Below are positions 18,580-29,657 of a stretch of 64,000 bases of DNA, piece after piece. The stretch is taken from NCBI GenBank assembly GCA_963765765.1, contig CAVXYC010000020.1, positions 320,001 to 384,000 on the forward strand, written 5' to 3'. A model generated the notes under the pieces. The model did not search any database and had not been told where the DNA came from. It was given only the letters and a program-made list of their open reading frames with translations. The translations under genes were made by a program, and so were the position numbers. The stretch's first letter is position 1, and each line of letters opens with the position of its first letter. This stretch comes from an uncultured Chloroflexia bacterium. Lineage in GTDB: Bacteria > Chloroflexota > UBA6077 > JACCZL01.

Positions 18580-19425
18580 TTGATGGCTGAGCTTGCATAC
18601 GTGGTCGACTCTACCGCCGATCTCCCGGAGACGCTCAACGCCTGCGCGGATCTTCGTGTGGTTCCACTGCGCATCAATTGGGGAGACCGAACCTACCGCG
18701 ATCGCGTTGATATCACCACCGTAGATTTCTATCGGCAGCTCCGCTCATCAAGCTCCTTACCAACGACTTCGGCCCCCCCTCCAGGAGACTTCGAGCAGGT
18801 CTATGAGGATCTGCTACGAGAGCACAGCGGAATCGTCTCGATTCATCTGCCGAACGCACTGAGTGGCACATACTCGGCCGCCGTTGCCGCCGCGAATCAT
18901 GTGAGTCCAGAGCGCATCCGCGTGGTCGAGGGCGGCCACTGCTCGCTCGGCCTCGGGTGGCTCGCGGAGCGGGCCGTCGAGGTTGGGACAGCGTCTGGCG
19001 ATTTGAGTGACGCGGCAAACGCCGCCGCCGATCTCGTTCCGCGCGTACGTCTACTCGCAGCGCTCGATACGCTGGAATTTCTTCAACGCGGTGGCCGCAT
19101 TGGACGTGTGGCCGCACTGGCCGGTGCTCTCCTGAACGTCAAGCCCCTACTCCAGATTAGTGACGGGCAGGTGCTGCCCCTGGAACGAGTGCGGAGTCGT
19201 GGCGGTGCGCTCCGGCGCATACGGGACCTAACGGTCAAGCTCGGAGCCTTGGAACGCGTCGCGGTACTCCACGGTGACGCTCCTGACGCTGCCGAGACAC
19301 TCAGCAAAGAGCTCGCGGGCGACTTCCCATCCATTCAAATTGAACGTGGCGAAATTAGTCCTGTCGTGGGTGTCCACGGAGGCCCCGGGATCATCGCGGT
19401 CACCTGCATTCTCGCAGCGTCGTGA
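18580..19425 (+). CDS. DegV family fatty-acid-binding protein (FakB)
   Basis: DSTADLP, PTTSAP, LSGTY, L.RGGRIG, H.GPG. Confidence 0.93.
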   Translation: MMAELAYVVDSTADLPETLNACADLRVVPLRINWGDRTYRDRVDITTVDFYRQLRSSSSLPTTSAPPPGDFEQVYEDLLREHSGIVSIHLPNALSGTYSAAVAAANHVSPERIRVVEGGHCSLGLGWLAERAVEVGTASGDLSDAANAAADLVPRVRLLAALDTLEFLQRGGRIGRVAALAGALLNVKPLLQISDGQVLPLERVRSRGGALRRIRDLTVKLGALERVAVLHGDAPDAAETLSKELAGDFPSIQIERGEISPVVGVHGGPGIIAVTCILAAS

Positions 19426-21932
19426 CGATCGAGGGCGCATCCATCACTCAATCGTCTGATGCCCGTTCGGCGATAGCCCTCGCGGAGCGCGTGCTCAAGA
19501 CGGAGCTACAGCGCGGCTGTGATAACCGCGCCGTCTTCGGAGGATTGACCAAGTTTCTATCCAACTGGAGCGCAACGCACTCCAACGATAGAACGGCCAG
19601 TGACACGATGGCAGAGCACGCTAGCAGCATCGTCGACCTACTCTCCAGCTACGCCGATCTGGACGAGTCTGAGCGCCGCGAAGCCGTGAGCGCGGCTCTA
19701 GCACGGCTTCGTTCGATACCCGTTACCGGCGGCTCATTGCCTGACCGAAATGCACCAAAGCCTATCGCTACATCTCGCCAGCCACCGGCCCCCGAGCCTC
19801 GCAAACCACAGCCTCCGCCCGCGCGCGGCGTGGTACGCCGTACTCTCGAGCCGCCTCTGGTTGCATCGACACCGCTTGCGGAGGTCAAGGGCGTCGGCCC
19901 GATCAGGGCGCGTGCACTGGAGAGACTCGGGCTCAGTGTCGCTGGCGATCTGCTTCAGCATTACCCGACGCGGTACATATTCTACCCCCCGCCCAGGCGA
20001 GCCATCGATCTCTTTTTTCAGCGCCTGGCGAGTTTCGAGGGCGTTGTTCGAAGTGTGAGTGTCGCCTCTCTTCAAAAACAGTTGAAGCGCATCACGGTCC
20101 GCGTTGCCGATTCAACGGGCACCGTTGAGGCAGTCTGGCTGCGCGCAGGAGCGGCACGTTCTCCGGTGCATGAGGGCCAGCGTATCGCCCTGAGTGGCAC
20201 GCTCGTCTCCCAAGGGCGTCAGATCGTATTTCAGAACCCCGATGTTGAACCGGCCGACGCTCCGCCACTCCATACTCGCCGAATCGTTCCCGTATACGCG
20301 CTCACCAAGGGGATCTACGATAACTGGCTACGGTCACTCGTGGCTCGGGCGGTGCGATCGCTCGTGCCCACAGCGGACGATCCTCTGCCCGCGCGGATTC
20401 GATCTGAGCTCGGCCTTCAACCGCGGCAAGAGGCCATCGCGGCAGTCCACTTGCCACCCGACCAGCCTGCCCTTGAAGCAGCACGTCGGCGCCTGGCGTT
20501 TGACGAGCTGCTCACCGTTCAGCTTGTGGTCCTTCAGCGCCGACGACGTGCACAGGAGAATGGCGCGACGCCAGTTCCGCGCTCCAACGAGGCATTCGGC
20601 GCTCTCGCGGATTCCCAGCCGTTCTCGCTGACCGGTGCTCAGCGACGGGTGATCGATGAGATTACCGCGGACATTGAGAAAGACGTGCCCATGACCCGCC
20701 TTTTGCAAGGAGAGGTGGGTTCGGGAAAGACGGCCGTAGCCGCCGTCATGCTTCATGCGGCAGCCGTTTCGGGGGGTCAAGGAGCGCTCATGGCGCCCAC
20801 CGAGATTCTGGCTGAGCAGCATTTTGCCAGCCTCAGCGCGTTCTTCGAGCGTGCCAGAGGGCGGCTGGAAGACAGGGGCCTGACGCCCCCGAGCGTGGGA
20901 CTCATCACTGGCAGCATGACCCCGAAACAAAAGAAAGCCGCGCTGAGTGCCGCGGAATCTGGGGAGACAAAGATCCTGGTTGGCACCCACGCGCTGATCC
21001 AGGATCGAGTGGAGTTCCAGGACCTCCGATTGGCAGTGATCGACGAGCAGCATCGCTTCGGCGTCCAACAGCGCATCACATTGCGCGCAAAGGGACGGCA
21101 GCCTCACGTGCTCCTGATGACTGCTACGCCAATTCCTCGGACTCTAGCGCTCAGTCTTTACGGAGATCTTGATCTTTCGATGATCGATGAGATGCCGCCT
21201 GGACGCCAGAAAGTGGAGACGATGCTGCTCGGGCCCGATCAGCGCCAGACCGCCTACGAGCACATGCGCAAAGAATCGAATTCCGGTCGGCAGTCCTTCG
21301 TCATCTGCCCGCTCGTCGAGGATTCGCCCGCGTTGGAGGCACGCTCAGCTACAGCCGAGTTTGAGCGCCTCCAGAATCAGGAGCTCTCAGGACTGCGCCT
21401 AGGCCTCCTGCACGGTCGCATGCGACCGGCTGACAAGGATGCGACGATGCGATCGTTCCGAGACCGTGAGTTTGATGTGCTAGTGTCCACGTCGGTCGTG
21501 GAGGTGGGGGTGGACATCCCAAATGCCACGATCATGGCCATTGAGGGCGCGGAGCGATTTGGACTGGCCCAGCTTCACCAGTTTCGCGGTCGAGTGGGCC
21601 GCGGAGCGGATCAGGCGACCTGCTACCTCCTCACGGAGAAACCCGATCCTGAAGCCATTGAGCGTTTGTCAGTTGTTGCGACGTCGGCAAACGGCCTGGA
21701 CCTGGCCGAGCACGACTTACGTCTGCGCGGTCCCGGCGATTACTTTGGCATGCGACAGAGCGGATTCCCGGAGCTGAAAGTCGCGACCCTGAACGATGTG
21801 CATCTTGTTGAGCTAGCGCGCGCAACCGCGCAATCCATTCTGTCGAGTGATCCCGACTTGAGACGCCCTCAGCATGCCTTGCTTTGTCGGCAGGTCGCTG
21901 AGTTTCTCGATCGAGCGGCGGAACCGAATTGA
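19422..21932 (+). CDS. recG: ATP-dependent DNA helicase RecG
   Basis: LQGEVGSGKT, DEQHRFGV, TATPIPRT, QLHQFRGRVGR. Confidence 0.97.
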   Translation: MTIEGASITQSSDARSAIALAERVLKTELQRGCDNRAVFGGLTKFLSNWSATHSNDRTASDTMAEHASSIVDLLSSYADLDESERREAVSAALARLRSIPVTGGSLPDRNAPKPIATSRQPPAPEPRKPQPPPARGVVRRTLEPPLVASTPLAEVKGVGPIRARALERLGLSVAGDLLQHYPTRYIFYPPPRRAIDLFFQRLASFEGVVRSVSVASLQKQLKRITVRVADSTGTVEAVWLRAGAARSPVHEGQRIALSGTLVSQGRQIVFQNPDVEPADAPPLHTRRIVPVYALTKGIYDNWLRSLVARAVRSLVPTADDPLPARIRSELGLQPRQEAIAAVHLPPDQPALEAARRRLAFDELLTVQLVVLQRRRRAQENGATPVPRSNEAFGALADSQPFSLTGAQRRVIDEITADIEKDVPMTRLLQGEVGSGKTAVAAVMLHAAAVSGGQGALMAPTEILAEQHFASLSAFFERARGRLEDRGLTPPSVGLITGSMTPKQKKAALSAAESGETKILVGTHALIQDRVEFQDLRLAVIDEQHRFGVQQRITLRAKGRQPHVLLMTATPIPRTLALSLYGDLDLSMIDEMPPGRQKVETMLLGPDQRQTAYEHMRKESNSGRQSFVICPLVEDSPALEARSATAEFERLQNQELSGLRLGLLHGRMRPADKDATMRSFRDREFDVLVSTSVVEVGVDIPNATIMAIEGAERFGLAQLHQFRGRVGRGADQATCYLLTEKPDPEAIERLSVVATSANGLDLAEHDLRLRGPGDYFGMRQSGFPELKVATLNDVHLVELARATAQSILSSDPDLRRPQHALLCRQVAEFLDRAAEPN

Positions 21933-22555
21933 GTATTCGTGTAACAGCCGGCCTAGCTCGTGGACGACAGCTGCTGATCCCTAAGACAGATCTGCGCCCT
22001 ACGACCGATAAAGTAAAGCAGGCGATGTTCTCCATGCTGGAGGCGGAAGCCCTGCGTCGAGATTTCGAAGGAGACCAAGATCACTTCGCGGCAATGCAGG
22101 CCTGGCCTCGGGTGCTGGATCTCTACGCTGGCAGCGGCGCGCTTGGGATTGAAGCGATCAGTCGTGGCGCTGAGCGCGCAACCTTCATCGAGCGAGATCG
22201 ACTCGCCGCGGAGACCATCCAGCGAAACCTGGAGAACACCGGACTCGCGGCGCGCGCCGACGTGCGTCGAGCGAGCGTTGAGAAGGCGCTGTCGACACTC
22301 ACCGGACCCTATGATTTAATACTGCTCGACCCGCCTTACCAGGAATACACGGCCGCGATGAAAACGCTTGAGCAGATCCAATCACGCAAACTACTCGCGG
22401 ACGGCGGGCTCGTCGTGTGGGAGCACATGGTCACTCCAGTGGCACTAGCATTGCCCAACGGGCTACGCTCCGTCCGACGCCGTGACCATGGGTCAACGTC
22501 AGTGAGTCTGCTCGAGCACGAATCGAGCGATCCGCAGGGAGAGCATGATCGGTAA
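21929..22555 (+). CDS. rsmD: 16S rRNA m2G966 methyltransferase
   Basis: RPTTDKVK, LDLYAGSGALGIEA.SRGA, DPPY. Confidence 0.93.
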   Translation: MSIRVTAGLARGRQLLIPKTDLRPTTDKVKQAMFSMLEAEALRRDFEGDQDHFAAMQAWPRVLDLYAGSGALGIEAISRGAERATFIERDRLAAETIQRNLENTGLAARADVRRASVEKALSTLTGPYDLILLDPPYQEYTAAMKTLEQIQSRKLLADGGLVVWEHMVTPVALALPNGLRSVRRRDHGSTSVSLLEHESSDPQGEHDR

Positions 22556-23048
22556 GCCGGGTTCTCAGAGAAAGATTGCGATCTACCCGGGGTCTTTTGA
22601 CCCGGTACACCTGGGGCACATCGATATTGCGCACCGAGCGGCCGCTGTGTTTGACCACGTCGTAGTGGCCGTCTTCGACCGCCCATCGAAGTCATTGCGA
22701 TTTAGCACTCAAGATCGGGTGCGGCTTTTCCAGCAAGGTCTTAAGCGCGACAATATTGAGGTCGTTCCATACAGCGGCCTGACGATCGATCTGGCACGGA
22801 AATTGGGAGCCCGGGCAATCTTACGGGGCCTTAGAGCCACTTCCGACTTCGAGTATGAGTACCAGATGACCACGATGAATCGGCACCTCGAGCCAACCAT
22901 TGAGGCTGTGTTTTTGATGACGTCCCTGGAGTACGCATACCTGAGCTCCAGCATCATCAAAGAAGTTGCAGCGCAAGGGGCACCACTGGAAGGACTTGTG
23001 CCTGAGCACGTGGCATCGGCGCTGCGAGGCGAAGCGCATGACCGGTGA
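22545..23048 (+). CDS. coaD: Phosphopantetheine adenylyltransferase
   Basis: YPGSFDPVHLGH, RGLRA.SDFEYE, SSSIIKEVA. Confidence 0.96.
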   Translation: MIGKPGSQRKIAIYPGSFDPVHLGHIDIAHRAAAVFDHVVVAVFDRPSKSLRFSTQDRVRLFQQGLKRDNIEVVPYSGLTIDLARKLGARAILRGLRATSDFEYEYQMTTMNRHLEPTIEAVFLMTSLEYAYLSSSIIKEVAAQGAPLEGLVPEHVASALRGEAHDR

Positions 23049-23057
23049 CTTAGGCCA

Positions 23058-23633
23058 ATGGTAGAGCGAGCCGAGCGCCTCGACTTCGAGCTGCTAGTCG
23101 ATCGCCTGGAGGAGGTCATCGTGGGTGCCTCACGCGTGCCGTTCGGCTCGCGTGTCATGGTTGATCAGCAGGATTGCGCGTCCATCATCGATCAGATGCG
23201 ACTCACCCTTCCGCGTCAGCTCCAAGATGCCTTCAGGATCATTGCTGAGCGGGACTCCATTCTGGACCAGGCCAGAGTGGAGTCTGAGCGTATTATTGAG
23301 CAAGCCCATCAGCAGGCCTCTGGCGAAGCGCTTCACCATGAGATCGTCCGGATTGCCCGCTCCCATGCAGCCGAAATCGAACAGCGCGCCGAGTCAGATG
23401 CGCGACGTACTCGAGAAGAAATGGACGAATATGCGCGCCAGGTCCTCGCTCGCTTGACTTCCAGGGTTGAGGCAACATTACGCGCCTTGAAAAAAGGAGC
23501 GCTGGATCTAGAGCGTTCGCATGGCATAAGCGAGCGATACCCGGACACCGAGAATGGACACTCGAGCCACACCGAACGCCGTCAGCGATCGACCAACCTT
23601 TCCCCCTTCGACACTCCAGGTGAGCCTTCCTGA
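23058..23633 (+). CDS. Conserved coiled-coil protein commonly found after coaD (DivIVA/ATP synthase b-like)
   Basis: LEEVI..A.RVPF..RVMVD motif followed by heptad-rich helix. Confidence 0.75.
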   Translation: MVERAERLDFELLVDRLEEVIVGASRVPFGSRVMVDQQDCASIIDQMRLTLPRQLQDAFRIIAERDSILDQARVESERIIEQAHQQASGEALHHEIVRIARSHAAEIEQRAESDARRTREEMDEYARQVLARLTSRVEATLRALKKGALDLERSHGISERYPDTENGHSSHTERRQRSTNLSPFDTPGEPS

Positions 23634-23669
23634 CAAGCCGAAAATTAGCCGTCAACTTGTATTGACGTT

Positions 23670-23699
23670 TTGACGGATTGCTCGGTCAACGCCTATACT
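23670..23699 (+). promoter_or_regulatory. Sigma70-type promoter for yceD-rpmF-fab operon
   Basis: TTGACG-N18-TATACT about 50 nt upstream of DUF177 ATG. Confidence 0.6.
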
Positions 23700-23748
23700 T
23701 TTCACGTGCCGCCCAGAGGCGGATTTTTCTTGCCCCATAGTTAAACCC

Positions 23749-24294
23749 ATGATTCTCGTTCACGTTGCCCAATTTCTCAAAGATGATCCAGGCGCTCGTC
23801 GAGAGCTGGAATTTCAGGAAACCGAAGCTTACCTCGGGGATGTCCAGCTCGCAGCACCACTCGAGGGCTCTGCAGAGCTTGTCCGCACGCAGCGCGGCAT
23901 TCTGGTGACCATGCCATATCACGCAACCGTTACCTTGACATGCGGCCGCTGCCTGAACGAGTTCGCCTACGTGGTAGACGATCAATTTCAGGACGAAGTG
24001 TTGGCACCCGTCGGAGAGTCACACGAGCGCGACTCAAATCGGGACGACGATGCTTTGCGTATCAGCGATGATTACGTGCTGGATCTTGGAGAACTCCTGA
24101 GGCAGGAGCTTGTGTTGCACACTCCACTGCAGCCGATATGTAAGATGGATTGCCCGGGGCTATGCGAACATTGCGGTGCGGATTTACGCACTGAGCGATG
24201 CTCATGTGATCAAATAGCCTCAGACGGACCATTCGCCGCATTGCAGAAGCTACTTCCGAATCAAACACAAAGGCCGCACGAGTCGCGGCAGTAA
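23749..24294 (+). CDS. yceD: DUF177/YceD family protein
   Basis: CGRCL and C..DCPGLCEHCG..L...C.C motifs, upstream of rpmF. Confidence 0.92.
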   Translation: MILVHVAQFLKDDPGARRELEFQETEAYLGDVQLAAPLEGSAELVRTQRGILVTMPYHATVTLTCGRCLNEFAYVVDDQFQDEVLAPVGESHERDSNRDDDALRISDDYVLDLGELLRQELVLHTPLQPICKMDCPGLCEHCGADLRTERCSCDQIASDGPFAALQKLLPNQTQRPHESRQ

Positions 24295-24379
24295 TTCTCG
24301 GGAACGTGAATCGCGCGCCTAGCGCGATTCACGCATACAATGGCTCCGCCTACGTCACGGCGGCAGGAAGGTACACACC

Positions 24380-24577
24380 ATGGGCGCATTACCCAAAAAG
24401 AAGATTAGCTCAAGTAGACGAGGCCAGCGTCGGAGTCACGACCACATCAAGCCGGTGCCGCTGGGCGCCTGCTCACAGTGCGGGACGATGAAGCCAACGC
24501 ATCGCGTTTGCCCCACATGCGGCACGTACAACGGAAACCAGATCATTACGATCAAAACCAAAACGGTCGCGGAGTAA
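24380..24577 (+). CDS. rpmF: 50S ribosomal protein L32
   Basis: MGALPKKK.S..RR..RRSH, CSQCG..HRVC.TCG.Y. Confidence 0.96.
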   Translation: MGALPKKKISSSRRGQRRSHDHIKPVPLGACSQCGTMKPTHRVCPTCGTYNGNQIITIKTKTVAE

Positions 24578-24589
24578 GAGTTCATCTAG

Positions 24590-25567
24590 GTGCCGCTCCC
24601 GATAGCGATCATTTTCCCCGGCCAGGCGTCCCAATACATTGGTATGGGAGCCGATTTTCGACGAATGTCACCATCCGTCGAAGCGATCTACCAGCTTGCA
24701 GATGCAGCCACCGGACTCCCCATTGGGCGGGTCTCCGCTATTGGACCCGATGAGCACCTGACCGACACTCGGTTTGCCCAGCCGGCAGTGGTCGCCACGA
24801 GCCTGGCGGCGCTGGCGATTTTGAAGGAAGCCGCCACCACCGCGGATGTCCAGATTCAACCGCTCATGTGCGCGGGACACAGCGTTGGCGAGATTGCCGC
24901 GCTGGTTGCTTCCGGCGCACTTGACCCAACAGCCGCACTCGACTTCGTCCGTTGGCGTGGAGCCTACATGGCGGAAGCGTGCGATTCGACAAACGGCGCT
25001 ATGGCGGCGATCATCGGATTGACCGAAGAATCAATCGAGACACTTTGTAACGAGGCTGCTTCCGCCACCGGCACCTACGCCGAGGTGGCCAATCTCAATT
25101 CGCCCGAGCAGATCGTCGTTGCCGGCCATCGGACGGCGCTGCAGTGGATCTCGGAGCATTCGCGTGAGCGCGGAGCGCGTCGAGCCACGCTGCTCAATGT
25201 GGCCGGCCCCTTTCACTCCAGCGCCATGCGCAATGTCGCGGACAGGCTGGCACCCCTTGTGAAGCGCTTGCCGATCGGGCGACCCGTACTTCCGATTGTC
25301 TTGAACCTGAACGCGGAGCCCACACAGGATCCTGATGCAATTCGTACCGAACTCGTCTCGCAGGTCTATTCGACGGTCCGTTGGAGCGACTCGATCCACG
25401 CCATGTGGGAAGCTGGGGTACGCATTTTTATTGAGGTTGGGCCAGGTCAGGTACTCACCGGACTCGCTCGACGGACTGTGAAGGGCGCCACTGTGCTCAA
25501 CGTTCAGGATGAACCCAGTCTGGAAAGCACGGTACAGGAGCTGCAGCGCCTCCAGGAAGCCGAATGA
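24590..25567 (+). CDS. fabD: Malonyl-CoA-ACP transacylase
   Basis: FPGQ.SQ..GMG, GHSVGE, GPFHS, EVGPG.VL. Confidence 0.95.
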   Translation: MPLPIAIIFPGQASQYIGMGADFRRMSPSVEAIYQLADAATGLPIGRVSAIGPDEHLTDTRFAQPAVVATSLAALAILKEAATTADVQIQPLMCAGHSVGEIAALVASGALDPTAALDFVRWRGAYMAEACDSTNGAMAAIIGLTEESIETLCNEAASATGTYAEVANLNSPEQIVVAGHRTALQWISEHSRERGARRATLLNVAGPFHSSAMRNVADRLAPLVKRLPIGRPVLPIVLNLNAEPTQDPDAIRTELVSQVYSTVRWSDSIHAMWEAGVRIFIEVGPGQVLTGLARRTVKGATVLNVQDEPSLESTVQELQRLQEAE

Positions 25568-26313
25568 TCGATCTCCAGGGGCGCGTCGCGCTTGTCACAG
25601 GTGCCTCGAGAGGCATTGGCCGCGCCGTAGCCCAACGGCTTGGAGAGCTCGGCGCGGACGTCGTTGTGAACTATCTCGTAAACCGAGAGGCGGCCGAAGA
25701 CGTCGTGGCTCATGTCAAGGAACTCGGTCGCAACGCCATCGCCTTTCAGGCCGATATCTCAATAGGCGATGAGGTGACGGCGCTGCTTGCCGCGACACAG
25801 GAGCGCTTTGGGCGGCTAGACATTCTTGTGAACAACGCCGGTGTGACCCGAGATACGCTCCTCCTTCGGATGGACGAATCAGATTGGGACGCCGTCCTGG
25901 ACACTAATCTCAAGTCCGTCTACCTGATGACCCGCGGAGCCATTCGCGGAATGATTCGTCAGCGATCTGGACGAGTTGTCAATGTTAGCTCCGTTATTGG
26001 AGTTATGGGTAACGCTGGACAATCGAACTACGCGGCCTCCAAGGCCGGTATTCTGGGCTTCACGCGCTCCATCGCCAGAGAGGTCGCATCCCGTGGGATC
26101 ACCGTGAATGCGGTTGCCCCGGAATGATTGAGACGGACATCTGGGATGGCGTTCCAGATGAAGCACGGGAACGCGCGCTGTCGGCTATCCCCCTCGAACG
26201 GGTCGGCCCGGCCCGACGAGGTGGCTGACGCGGTCGCATTCCTTGCATCGGATTCAGCCGCGTACATCACTGGCCAGGTGCTCCAGGTCGATGGCGGCCT
26301 GGTGATGGCCTGA
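25564..26313 (+). CDS. fabG: 3-oxoacyl-ACP reductase (apparent frameshifts near 26120 and 26208)
   Basis: [23 protein letters not shown]; C-terminus [12 protein letters not shown] in a shifted frame. Confidence 0.92.
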
Positions 26314-26330
26314 CCGCACCAGGATCCGCG

Positions 26331-26843
26331 ATGAATATCGAGGGTAATGAGTCCGCGCCGACCCCTCCTGCTCGGTCGCAACGATCTCGACGTCAGGCTC
26401 GAAATGCGCGTGTGCTGGCATTCAAAGTCCTATATGAGGTAGATATCGCCCGACACGCAGCGGCCGAAGTATTCGAACGACGCATTGCCGAGGAGGGAGT
26501 GCCAGCGGAGGAAGTAGATGCTCCGCGAGCATTGGTACGTGGAGTATTGCAAACTCGAGAAGAGCTCGATGACGTCATTCAAGCACATGCTACGTCGTGG
26601 CCCATCGAACAGCTTTCGGCAGTCGAACGGAACATCTTACGGATCGCCATATTTGAGCTGCGCCATCAGCGCGAGCACGTACCGGTTGGCGTTGCAATCA
26701 ATGAAGCCGTCGAGCTTGCAAAAATGTTCGGCGGCGATGCAGCATCACGCTTCGTAAACGGTGTGCTCGGTCAAGTCGTCCGAGATGACGAAGCCCAGGA
26801 AGACACACCCGTCGAACCACAGTCACCAGGAGGGGATCACTAA
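26331..26843 (+). CDS. nusB: Transcription antitermination factor NusB
   Basis: RR.AR..A...[23 protein letters not shown]....FVNGVL. Confidence 0.95.
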   Translation: MNIEGNESAPTPPARSQRSRRQARNARVLAFKVLYEVDIARHAAAEVFERRIAEEGVPAEEVDAPRALVRGVLQTREELDDVIQAHATSWPIEQLSAVERNILRIAIFELRHQREHVPVGVAINEAVELAKMFGGDAASRFVNGVLGQVVRDDEAQEDTPVEPQSPGGDH

Positions 26844-27082
26844 TGTCCGACAATGCAGAGGCCCGACTGCGCAAGATCATTGCAGAACAGCTCAGCGTCA
26901 ACGAAGAGGAAGTCACAACGGACGCGTCCTTTATCGATGACCTCAACGCTGATTCGCTTGATCTCGTCGAGCTGATCATGTCGTTGGAAGAAGAATTCAA
27001 CGTCAAAATCCCGGACGACGATGCTGAGAAGATTCGAACTGTCCGAGACGCCATGGAGTATCTCAACGAGCATACGAGCTAA
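26843..27082 (+). CDS. acpP: Acyl carrier protein
   Basis: [20 protein letters not shown]. Confidence 0.97.
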   Translation: MSDNAEARLRKIIAEQLSVNEEEVTTDASFIDDLNADSLDLVELIMSLEEEFNVKIPDDDAEKIRTVRDAMEYLNEHTS

Positions 27083-27143
27083 TGACGCTTTGAGCGTCAG
27101 CAATTGCCAGTAGCCCCAATCCTATGAGCGTTCGCATTTCACC

Positions 27144-27920
27144 TTGAGCACTGACGGCGACCCGACGGCGGCGCCGTCGAACTCGTCGTCATCTGACAAC
27201 GAGGAACCGCTCGAATCGTCGATGACGATGATGGAGCACCTCGAAGAGCTTCGTACCCGATTGGTGATCTCGGGAGTCGGGCTCATCGCTGGGCTGATCA
27301 TCTCAGCTATTCCTGTTCCAGGTGCCGAGTCGCTCACCTGGAAAGTCATCCAGATCCTGATTGTGCCCGTGCAGGGCCGCATTCAAGGCATTGCCCCCGG
27401 CGAAGTTTTCTTCACCTATCTGAAGATTGCACTCGTCGTCGGTGCTGCGTTGGCCATGCCGCTCCTGATCTACCAGGCGCTGAAGTTTGTTCTTCCGGCA
27501 CTCCTGCCTCATGAGAAGAAGTACATGTGGATGGCCGTACCAGGCGTGACGCTCTCGTTCGTCGCTGGCCTGGCATTCGGCTACTATGTGCTTCTTCCCT
27601 TCGCCATCGCGTTCCTGATGGGCTTCGGGGCGGACCTCATCGAACAGAATTGGAGCTTCAGCGCCTACGTTTCAACGGTTGCCACACTGCTCTTCTGGAT
27701 GGGGTTAGCCTTTGAAACTCCGTTGGTGATGTTCTTTCTGGCAAAGTTCCACGTCGTGCACGTGGACAGCCTACGTCGCTTCCGCAAGTACGCATTGGTA
27801 TTGGCGTTTGTCGCCGGCGCGATCATCACGCCTAGCCCAGACCCGGTCAACCAGACGGCCGTAAGTATTCCGCTCTATTTGCTCTTCGAGATCGGGCTAC
27901 TTCTAGCGCGATTCGCGTAG
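27144..27920 (+). CDS. tatC: Twin-arginine translocase subunit TatC (start may be downstream)
   Basis: EHLEELR.RL, P.L.PHEK, FETP, AIITPSPD. Confidence 0.94.
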   Translation: MSTDGDPTAAPSNSSSSDNEEPLESSMTMMEHLEELRTRLVISGVGLIAGLIISAIPVPGAESLTWKVIQILIVPVQGRIQGIAPGEVFFTYLKIALVVGAALAMPLLIYQALKFVLPALLPHEKKYMWMAVPGVTLSFVAGLAFGYYVLLPFAIAFLMGFGADLIEQNWSFSAYVSTVATLLFWMGLAFETPLVMFFLAKFHVVHVDSLRRFRKYALVLAFVAGAIITPSPDPVNQTAVSIPLYLLFEIGLLLARFA

Positions 27921-27941
27921 CGACCCAGCGGTCACTGGACT

Positions 27942-27977
27942 GCAGACGGCCCGGAAGTTAGCTCCCGGGCCGTCTGC
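27942..27977. terminator. Hairpin between convergent tatC and cupin genes
   Basis: Perfect 13-bp stem GCAGACGGCCCGG/CCGGGCCGTCTGC. Confidence 0.75.
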
Positions 27978-28000
27978 TATCTCGATCGCTTAATAGAGAT

Positions 28001-28330
28001 CTACTGACGATACTCATCCCTTGGCGGCGAGAACACGTCTACGAAGATGCAGTCCTCGAGACCAACGACCCCATGCGGGACCTCACCCGGAATTTCGTAG
28101 CCGTCGCCTGGACCGAGCTCCAGCTCCTTGTCGCCGATCTGGAAGCGCGCTCGCCCGGACACGAGGTGCCCGATCTGCTCGTGCGGATGAGTATGCACCG
28201 GAACTACCGCGTCGCGGTCGATCCATACACGCACAACCATTGCCTGCTCACCTTCAGCGAGCATCTGGCGGCGCACGCCTGCCAGCATCTCCACTGGTGG
28301 TGTTTCAGCAGCTCGACGAAATCCAGTCAT
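28001..28330 (-). CDS. Cupin-domain protein
   Basis: H.HPHEQ, IPG.VPHG, DVFSPPRDEY. Confidence 0.9.
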   Translation of the reverse strand: MTGFRRAAETPPVEMLAGVRRQMLAEGEQAMVVRVWIDRDAVVPVHTHPHEQIGHLVSGRARFQIGDKELELGPGDGYEIPGEVPHGVVGLEDCIFVDVFSPPRDEYRQ

Positions 28331-28339
28331 AGCGTCTTG

Positions 28340-29622
28340 TTACGCGCTTGCGCCCTCCGGGAACTCCTCCAGCTCCACAACCCGTTCTGTTCGAGCAAGG
28401 AGCTGTGGCGCCTTGGATTCCATGATGGTGTCGCGACTAATTACGCACTTCCGAATGTCGCTCCGAGACGGGATCTCGTACATGACATCCAGCAGGATCT
28501 CCTCGATGATCGTGCGAAGACCGCGTGCGCCGGTCTTGAGGTGCAACGCCTTCTCCGCCGCGGCATCAAGAGCATCATCGGAGAAGACGAGCTCCACCTT
28601 GTCGAGGCCCAGAAGCTTTGCATATTGCTTGGTGATAGCGTTGCGCGGCTCGGTGAGAATGCGAATGAGATCGTCCTTGCCAAGCTGATCGATGCTCACG
28701 ACCACAGGAAGCCGGCCGACGAATTCTGGGATGAGTCCGTACTTGAGGAGATCATCTGAGCCGAGCTGCGCCAGGAGTGCAGACGAATCCTTGTCAGAAA
28801 GAAGATCAGACTGGAAACCCATCTGACGCTTGGAACCGACGCGCTTCGCAACGATGTCCTCGAGGCCCTCGAACGCACCACCACAGATGAACAGGACATT
28901 AGCCGTATTGATCTGGATGAAGTCCTGGTGAGGGTGCTTCCGTCCCCCCTGGGGCGGCACATTAGCGACGGTGCCCTCAATGATCTTGAGAAGCGCCTGC
29001 TGCACACCTTCACCGGAGACATCTCGAGTGATCGACGGGTTATCGCCTTTTCGGGCGATCTTGTCGATCTCGTCGATATAGATGATGCCCCGCTCGGCTC
29101 GCGCGATGTCGAAGTCAGCCGCCTGGATAAGACGCAGGAGTATGTTCTCAACATCTTCGCCGACGTAGCCAGCTTCGGTCAGCGCCGTGGCGTCCGCGAT
29201 GCAGAACGGCACGTCGATAATCTTGGCCAGAGTCTGCGCAAGAAGTGTCTTGCCGCAACCAGTAGGGCCGACGAGCAGAATATTGCTCTTCTGGAGCTCT
29301 ACGTCGTCTACCTGCATACCCGCGCCCACGCGCTTGTAGTGGTTGTAGACAGCCACGGAAAGCACCTTCTTGGCGCGATCCTGACCCACGACGTAGCTAT
29401 TAAGTTGTTCGTAAATCTTCTTGGGAGTTGGAAGCTTCGATAGCGTCACCTTGGTCCGTGTAGGAGGTGACGACTCTTCGTCGATGATTTCGCGGCAAAG
29501 ATCCACGCATTCGTCGCAGATATACACCGCCCCGGGCAGGCGATGAGGCGCCGCACCTGGTCCTGGCTCTTCCCACAGAATGAACAGTGGTATTGGCCCC
29601 GACCTCCGCGAGCCGTCGGCAT
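28340..29622 (-). CDS. clpX: Clp protease ATPase ClpX (apparent frameshift near 29535)
   Basis: Zn finger CSFCGK in upstream frame joined to YICDEC; [29 protein letters not shown]. Confidence 0.96.
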
Positions 29623-29657
29623 CGGCTACCTCCTCGCCCCAATTAGATACGGCACGC

